A DNA stretch of 64,000 nt from Histomonas meleagridis 2922-C6/04-290x. Its lineage: Eukaryota; Protista; Parabasalia. Position 1 is the first letter of the stretch; every line of letters begins with the position of its first letter. The notes below the pieces were generated by a model. It was not told where the DNA came from. It ran no database searches and worked only from the letters and a program-made list of their open reading frames with translations. Positions 56,557 to 64,000 of this stretch are shown here, in pieces. The position numbers and the translations under genes were made by a program. The stretch is taken from contig JAANOX010000233.1 of assembly GCA_020184695.1 (NCBI GenBank), forward strand, positions 1 to 64,000. Direction: 5' to 3'.

Positions 56557-56981
56557 CTTGAAAGGAGCCGTTTATTTTCAGACAGAACAAAACTCCAAAA
56601 AAAAGATTCATGTGATGATTTATTTTAAAATGAGTGCGGCTGGTTTAAATAAAATTTCATATCAGTAAAGAATTTGTTCTTTTATTGGTTCTTCATATAT
56701 TTGGAAAAGAGCACAAAATTTAAAAATATTCAAAATGATTTTTTATAAAAATATTAATTCTACCATTATTCTTCATATCTAAATGACCATAATGTTCACA
56801 TAGGAAAAAGACAATATGCTTGATTAAGCAATACAAGCAATTTAAATCAATTTTAATTGTCACGATATTAAAGGTATTCATTAATGAATAACATCAATCA
56901 AAGGAATTCAGCAAAACAAAATATACAATTACTAATTCGTTTTATTGACAAACAAACAATAATATTTTTGATGTGATTTCG

Positions 56982-57935
56982 TCAACAGCTTGACGCATTT
57001 TTTGACAGCAGATCATCGTATATTCCGTTAGCTGCTGGCTTGAAGCAGAAGAAAGGGATCCACCAGAGACAGCAAAACCTTTTCTCCCCGCATACTTCGG
57101 CGCAATTATTCATGCAGCCTTTGTCGTACGGGTTTATGCCTACATTACCTTTTAGTAATTCCAACGAAGTTTTATTTTTACACAAATTAATTAATCCTCG
57201 AATAAAATAGTTACATGAAAGGACTAACAATATAATCTCAAGGACGCCAGCAAGAAGAGTTAAATAACGCATCCAATGAAATGGTTTAAATGAAGATGAA
57301 AACCACCAAATGTGTGAAACATACCAAAAAATTGTATGGAAAAAGGCATATCCAGTAAATAAGATGAAGTAGCGTGTGTTCTTAAGGCCAACCCATGAAC
57401 GTATCCAATAGCAGAAGTGGTCGGCGCGTAAGACAAATCGGCGTGATAATATCGAAAAACAACATCGAGGTGGACGTTTGCTTTGACGGGCAAAATCCAT
57501 TTGCTCCTTGTATGTTACAAAAGTTTTGCATTTTTCAGTAAATGTTAATTCGGATATTTTTTCATCAATATTATTCCAATCTGAATGTAGACTAAAAAAG
57601 TTATATGGCGCATAACCAGGGCCTATGTAAATAGCATAGAAGTATGAAAACGTGACCGATAAGTTTAAATAAGAAAAAACACCAATAAAAACATATCGAA
57701 TAATTGGATTTGAAATATAAGCTATCATGTCATAATAACCTACAGCTGTGATAAAAATAAAGGACAAAGTAATTACTATGGGATTTAAAGGTGAACAAAT
57801 CCAATCACCACATAACAACATTTTTGGGACTGGGAAATAAGCAATATTACAACAACAATTACTATGATCTATAAACTCTGATTCTATTTGTATATCTGTT
57901 GTATTTTCTATAAGAGGCTGCTGGAAAACAGACAT
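56982..57935 (-). CDS. DHHC-family palmitoyltransferase, DHFC variant (tandem paralog)
   Basis: GPG, LRADHFCYW...VGLKNTRYF, TSLE, NPYDKG..N..EVCG motifs. Confidence 0.9.
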   Translation of the reverse strand: MSVFQQPLIENTTDIQIESEFIDHSNCCCNIAYFPVPKMLLCGDWICSPLNPIVITLSFIFITAVGYYDMIAYISNPIIRYVFIGVFSYLNLSVTFSYFYAIYIGPGYAPYNFFSLHSDWNNIDEKISELTFTEKCKTFVTYKEQMDFARQSKRPPRCCFSILSRRFVLRADHFCYWIRSWVGLKNTRYFILFTGYAFFHTIFWYVSHIWWFSSSFKPFHWMRYLTLLAGVLEIILLVLSCNYFIRGLINLCKNKTSLELLKGNVGINPYDKGCMNNCAEVCGEKRFCCLWWIPFFCFKPAANGIYDDLLSKNASSC

Positions 57936-58033
57936 TAAACTGTTGAATTGGATCAGATGTAAGGTGATTTTGAATACTTTACGTTACAACCGAAAAAGAC
58001 ACTTTTAAATGCCGATGAGAACGTTTATTTATG

Positions 58034-58061
58034 GCGGTTTTGACATGGTTTGACCTTTTTA
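58034..58061 (+). promoter_or_regulatory. M3 (GCGGTT) + M5 (CCTTT) core promoter of RPS28
   Basis: GCGGTTT 58034-58040, CCTTT 58054-58058, ATG 58062. Confidence 0.65.
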
Positions 58062-58262
58062 ATGGAAGAAGTTCAAGTCAAGTTGGCCGTTGTTAAGGAC
58101 ATAATTGGCCGTACAGGAAGCCGTGGTGGCGTCACACAAGTTAAGGTCGAGTTCCTTGATGAATCACAACGTTCACTTATCCGTAATGTTAAGGGTCCAG
58201 TCAGGAAGGGCGATATCCTTTCACTTCTCGAAACAGAACGTGAAGCTCGTCGTCTCCGCTAA
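58062..58262 (+). CDS. RPS28: 40S ribosomal protein S28 (eS28)
   Basis: [20 protein letters not shown]...[27 protein letters not shown]. Confidence 0.98.
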   Translation: MEEVQVKLAVVKDIIGRTGSRGGVTQVKVEFLDESQRSLIRNVKGPVRKGDILSLLETEREARRLR

Positions 58263-58768
58263 ATAAACAATCGCTTTTAATTACATTTTCTAGAATTTAT
58301 CATGATATATCATCAATTATTTAAATGAAATTTTATAAAGATTCAATCAATTATACAAAGATCAGTAAACAAACACGATCTTAGAATGAATACATTGAGG
58401 TTATTCTTACGCTTTTTGGAAATTGTAAAATTAATTAAAGAATGCTTTTACTTTTAAAAAATTGGCATTGCTCCTTAGCCTTATCATTTGCTGGTGGCCA
58501 ATTAAAACTTGATAAAAAGAGAACATTTAAAAAAAATAAATTATTACATTTTCCATCAAAAATTCAAACCCTCAGATATATGAGCAAAGCATTTTATTTA
58601 GTCCATCATGTTTGAAGCCATTGCTTACTTTATAAGGAATAAAGCAAAGCAGAAATGTATTTACGATAGATTGTAAAACAAAGAAAAACAAAAAGTGACT
58701 AAATTTGTTTTCTTTTGATCAAATATTAATTATTAATTTGATATTTATTTACAAATTGTATATCACTT

Positions 58769-60502
58769 TTGTTAGTCACAATACCAGAACTAGTCACATC
58801 AATTGGCAAAGAAATGTTTGCGAATTGTTTTGAGTTAGTGAAAGTTCAAAATAGTAAATCAGTCAACAAAATACCAAATTCCGCGTTTTTAAATTGCGTT
58901 AAGTTACAAGAAATTGGTTTAAATGAATCGGTTACATCAATTGAAGATAATGCGTTTTATAATTGTCAATCATTTTATTATTCTAAGTTAAGTAATATTA
59001 TATATAGTGAATCATTAATAACTATTGAACAATATGCATTTTCGAATTGTAATTATCTTATCGATCTTATAATTCCTAATTCAGTTATACCAATTAAAGA
59101 TATGGCATATTATTATTGTACTTCATTAAAAAGTATTAAAATTGGTAATTCAATTAAATCTAATGGAAACTTAATATTTTATTATTGTGCTTCATTACCT
59201 AATATTATAATTCCGGAATCAGTTACAATTATTGGATATCGATCATTTTATGAATGTTTAAATTTAGTTAATATTACATTAAGTAAATCACTTAAAGTGA
59301 TTAAAGAATTTGCATTTTCTCGATGTAAAAACTTAACTAATATTATAATTCCTGATTTAGGTAAAATTTGGTAAATCAGTAGAAACTATTGGAATGCAAT
59401 CATTTGCATATTGTGGTTTCGTAAGTATTACAATTGATGAAAATGCATTTGCTTTTTGTAAATATTTACAAAGTGTTAATTTACTTAATTCAATTACACT
59501 AATTTTCCAATTGATGTAATTTTTGGTTGTCCTTTGTTTTGAATCAAAATATTTCGATGGTACATATTTCACTAATATTACATATGTAATCAATTTATAT
59601 GCCAGCAAAAATAATATTTGGTGAATCAGTTAAATATATATAAATGATTTTGCATTTCATTATGTTTTATCATTAAGTTATATCGAGTTACCAAACTCAT
59701 TAATATCTATTGGCGAATCTTCATTTCATTATTGTACTGGATTAGAAAATATAACAATTCCAAACTCTGTACAATCAATTGGACGATTTTCGTTTGCAAA
59801 TTGTTGGAAATTACAGAGTGTAATTATTGGTAATTCAATAACGACAATATCAAATTCTTCTTTCATGGGATGTTGGGCATTAGTAACAGTTAAAGTTATT
59901 GATAGTTATGCATTTAATAGAGACGATCGTATAAGTAATGTAACATTCGATAGATGTGAATCACTTAAAGAAATCGGTGATTATTCATTAGAATATTGTA
60001 TACTAATTAAAGAATTAGTGTTTCCAAAATATGTAGAAACAGTCGGTTGGTGTGCATTCGCTTATTGTACTAGATTGGAATCATTGATATTACCTGGTAA
60101 TTTGGTGTCAATTCAAACATTTGCAAATGTTTCGGTTATTGTCATGATTTAGGTTACATATACAATAATGGTACTATAGAACCAAATTACGCCGGAATAA
60201 ATGTCTTCTTTGGGGCTGATGCTGAATTTGTGACTGTACCAGATTTTCACACAGGTGATTACTTCGGTAATAAAAGGGTCAAAAGATTACATGAAAAAGA
60301 CCCATTTAAATTATCACCAGGTGCTGTCATCGGTATTCTAACTGCATGTATAGTAGTTGCTGTATTGTCTGTTATTTTAGGAATTTATTGCTACAGACAA
60401 ATGAAATATAATAAGTATGAGAGCTTAAACAGCGGATTAGTGTCGGAAGTAGATACATTCTCAAACATAACTTACCAATACACTGAACCTGATAATAAAT
60501 GA
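58769..60502 (+). pseudogene. BspA-like LRR surface protein with C-terminal TM, frameshifted
   Basis: Many TpLRR units (IPNSV..I...AF..C..L) over 58769-60150, broken by frameshifts after 59370; TM GAVIGILTACIVVAVLSVILGIY and tail in 60230-60502. Confidence 0.85.
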
Positions 60503-60732
60503 AAAATATTTTTAATTAAATCACATCAAAGTTTGATGCACTTTTCTTTATTTTGAACTCATAATAAAACTTTAACTTGTGATAAAAAGGTGTAACTCCG
60601 AATGCTATTTCGACTCTTTGCTTAGTGTTATGTGCTAAACTAATAAAAATTTTCTTTCAAAAAATTGATTAAATCATCCATTTCAATTTATTTAAAGTAT
60701 AGTCATATAGTTTTTTAACTGTGAGTATGACT

Positions 60733-60804
60733 TCCGATATCGTTCATCGGTTAGGATATGTGGTTTTCATCCACGGGAGCGGGGTTCGACTCCCCGTATC
60801 GGAA
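60733..60804 (+). tRNA. tRNA-Glu (anticodon TTC)
   Basis: Acceptor stem TCCGATA/TATCGGA, anticodon arm TGTGG-TTTTCAT-CCACG, T-arm CGGGG-TTCGACT-CCCCG; 72 nt. Confidence 0.97.
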
Positions 60805-61404
60805 AAATATTTTTAATTTAAATACCTTTTTTTGTACGTTAACGTACTTTTTTCTTAGAGATAGAATTGGAGATGTCCACTCCATAAACACATGAAATTC
60901 AATCACAACAATAATAGATCTCACGATTTTGAAGTTATGTTTTGATGCATCTTAGTATTAAAAGATATTTTTAATTGATATAAAATACGATTTTTAATTT
61001 TTTCATTTTTTTATTTTTCCAATTAATTGGAATCACTATAATAGAATCAAAATACCCACCAACAATATTTATAAATCGTATTTTATAACAATTAAACAAG
61101 CCAAAATTAAAATAATCAAGAATTTTTCAAAATTGATTTTTGAAATTTTGAAACTTTGATTTTATCTAGTTTCATGTTTAAAATCATCATGTAAAAAAAA
61201 AATTTTTTTTTATAAACGTGCAATATTTGTTTCATATATAATTTTTGTTTAAGGTTTTAATATTATATATGAAAGATCCTAAGGATCAAAATTTACTGAT
61301 TGAAACAAAATTTCCTCTGCGCAACATGTCGATTACTTGTACGGCCAGTTAAAGTGGTCAATGTGTACGATATGGCTTTTTTGAAATTTTAAAATAAAAT
61401 TCGT

Positions 61405-63955
61405 ATGGAATAATTATACATCTTTAGTATTGATATCAATTCTTTCTTGTTCATGAAGTAATTTAACTATTTCTGTATAACCATTTTCAGATGCTCTAAT
61501 AAGTGCTGTTTTAAATATTTTAAATAATTTCCAAATATTATTTTAAAATCCAAAATTATTAAAATAAATATTAAATAAAATAAATAAATATCTTTAGCAT
61601 TAATATCAATTCCTTCTTGTTCAAGAAGTAATTTAACTATTTCTATATTATTATTTCTAACTGCTATATGAAGTGCTGTATAAAATTATTTAAATAATTT
61701 CCAAATATTATTTTGAAATATTAAATTATTAAAATAAATATTAAATAAAACAATTAAATATCTTTAGCATTAATATCAATTCCTTTTTGCTCAAGAAGTA
61801 ATTTAACGATTTATGTATAACCTTTTTCAGATGCCCAAATAAGTGCTGTTTTAAATATTTTAAATAATTTCCAAATATTATTTTGAAATATAAAATTATT
61901 AAAATAAACATATAATAAAACAAATAAATATATTGAGCATTAATATAAAATCCTTTTTGTTCAAGAAGTAATTTAACTATTTCTGTATGACCATTATAAA
62001 ATGCATTCATAAGTGCTGTTTTAAATACTTTAAATAATTTCCAAATATTATTTTGAAATATAAAATTATTAAAATAAACATAAAATAACACAAATAAATA
62101 TCTTTACCATTAATATAAATTCTTTCTTGTTCAAGAAGTAATTTAACTATTTCTGTATAACCATTTTCAGATGCTCTAATAAGTGCTGTTTTAAATATTT
62201 TAAATAATTTCCAAATATTATTTTGAAATATAAAATTATTAAAATAAACATAAAATAACACAAATAAATATCTTTACCATTAATATAAATTCTTTCTTGT
62301 TCAAGAAGTAATTTAACTATTTCTGTATAACCTTTTTCAGATGCTCTAATAAGTGCTGTTTCAAATATTTTAAATAATTTCCAAATATTATTTTGAAATA
62401 CCAAATTATTAAAATAAATATTAAATAAAATAAATAAATATCTTTAGCATTAATATCAATTCCTTCTTGTTCAAGAAGTAATTTAACTATTTCTAAAAGA
62501 CCATTTTCAGATGCTTTCATAAGTGCTGTTTCAAATAATTTATGTAATTTCCAAATATTATTTTGAAATATTAAATTATTAAAATAAATATTAAATAAAA
62601 CAATTAAATATCTTTAGCATTAATATCAATTCCTTCTTGTTCAAGAAGTAATTTAACTATTTCTATATTATTATTTCTAACTGCTATATGAAGTGCTGTA
62701 TAAAATTATTTAAATAATTTCCAAATATTATTTTGAAATATTAAATTATTAAAATAAATATTAAATAAAACAAATAAATACCTTTAGCATTAACATAAAA
62801 TCCTTTTTGATTTAGAATGTATGTAACAAGTTCAATGTTTCCTGAAAATGAAGCAAAAACTAAAATATTTTCTGGAAGTTGATTATTTTTAAGGAAATAT
62901 TTTACAAGAAAAATATTTCCGATTTTTGCTGCTTCATTAATGATATTTTCATTAATTTTCATTCCTTCATTTTCTAAATATGTAAAAATTTCATAATTAA
63001 AATATGAAACACATATTACACCTAATTCTTCTAATTTTTTAATTTTTTCGAATTTGTTTTCATAAATATACTTAAAGACATTATTTCGATGAAACTTGAT
63101 TGCAGCTTCACATGCATTATCAAATGATGAATGATTTTGTTCACATAAATGAACAATTTCAATGTTTCCACCTGCAACTGCATATTTACCTGTGTTTTCT
63201 ACTTCTGCGCCATTCATAAGTAAATATTTAAAACATTTAATTGAAGAAAAAAATGCTGCATAATCAATTAATGTAACATTATCTTTATTAATGAATGAAC
63301 ATCTTTCATAGAGTGATGATTTAATTTTTTGATTAAAATTAAAATCATTTTGTGATGATATTTCTTGAAGTTTGTCGATTTCATCATTTCTAATTATTTT
63401 AGCAATTTCTTTTGGATTAACTCCTTCTTTAATTAATTTCTTATGAAATGCAAAATCATTCTTCGAAAGTTCTTCACAAGCAATATTTTCTTGATAAAAT
63501 GAATATTTATATTTATCAAATTTATCTTGATTAATATGAACAAAAAATGGTTCGCCTTTATTTTAAATGACTTTTGCTTCAAGTAAATTATATTTAATCA
63601 TGTAATTAAGAAAGTAAAATGATTCTTGTGTATTTTTTCTAAGAAGAAATTGAGAAAATAAGTTTATTATTTTTGAAGTGATTTGATTATTTTCTTCAAA
63701 TTTTTCAATTTCCTGTAATAATTTCAAATATATATCGAAATTGTTACTTTTGATCAAAAGGGAATTATATATCATTCGGCTTATACTTATATTATAAGAT
63801 ATTGAATATTCTTTACAAAATTTGCTGATTATAAAATTCGATGATTGAACAAAATTATCTATATTCAAACCAAAGATTGTATTTTTGAGCATTACAAATG
63901 ATTCCCATTCATTTTGAGATTGATTTGCTTCAATTATTTCTCTTTTGTTGTTCAT
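61405..63955 (-). pseudogene. DUF3447/ankyrin-repeat gene with spacer-interrupted ankyrin array; one in-frame TAA at 63563-63565
   Basis: ATG 63955; frame continues across the TAA into TLIDYAAFFSSIKCFKYLLMN...AVAGGNIEIVHLCEQ (DUF3447-type), then nine ankyrin repeats ending IDINTKDV*. Whether it is expressed is unknown. Confidence 0.8.
61420..62870 (-). repeat. Tandem array with exact 170-bp period (ankyrin coding block + AT-rich spacer)
   Basis: AAGTGCTG at 61501, 61671, 61841, 62011, 62181, 62351, 62521 and 62691. Confidence 0.98.
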
Positions 63956-64000
63956 TTTGAATAAATACAAGATATACCACTTTTTGAGCTTCGCTCAAAA

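Noticed and set aside
62695-62780. 86-nt GT-AG intron (AAAG|GTATTT...ATACAG|CA)
   Set aside because: Only one unit has GT (others have AT), there is no ACTAAC branch motif, and this splice would delete the conserved Asp and Thr of the ankyrin repeat. Not excluded without cDNA.
61420-62870. -1 programmed frameshifting at T-TTA-AAA as the way through the ankyrin spacers
   Set aside because: The heptamer exists in several units but is absent in the 62521 unit, and in the 61671 and 62691 units a TAA follows immediately in the -1 frame.
61420-62870. CRISPR-like repeat-spacer array
   Set aside because: Both parts of the unit are repeated, one part is protein coding, there are no unique spacers or cas genes, and the context is eukaryotic.

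Overview
Very AT-rich, essentially intron-free eukaryotic DNA that behaves like a parabasalid genome, probably Tritrichomonas-like (inference from BspA-type LRR relics, DUF3447/ankyrin genes, a short R2R3 Myb, TCA-type initiators and M3/M5-type promoter motifs; standard genetic code). (1) 1-17054 is the right-hand part of an endogenous Maverick/Polinton-like DNA virus: probable major capsid protein, a very long protein-primed PolB, A32/FtsK-type packaging ATPase, rve-type integrase, two small amphipathic-helix proteins resembling adenovirus protein VI, a fibre-like protein with phage-tail HxH repeats, a 93-bp hairpin and a GC-rich terminal segment ending ...AACT. Most of its genes carry nonsense or frameshift lesions. 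(2) 17.3-61 kb is ordinary host DNA: BEACH protein, NEK/CAMK/DYRK kinases and a pseudokinase, TMEM62-like phosphoesterase, RanBD nucleoporin, ARPC4, Myb, RPL27a, RPS12, RPS28, a PHF5A-like Zn protein, OFD1-like LisH protein, SNARE, two DHFC-variant palmitoyltransferases, tRNA-Glu(TTC) and BspA pseudogenes. (3) 61.4-64 kb is an ankyrin gene whose repeats recur at an exact 170-bp period, each separated by a conserved ~68-71 nt frame-breaking spacer with no consistent GT-AG; a diverged paralog at 17.3-17.7 kb keeps the same period. This is the strongest candidate for an undescribed system (non-canonical intervening sequences). All family assignments come from motif recognition by eye; no database searches were run.
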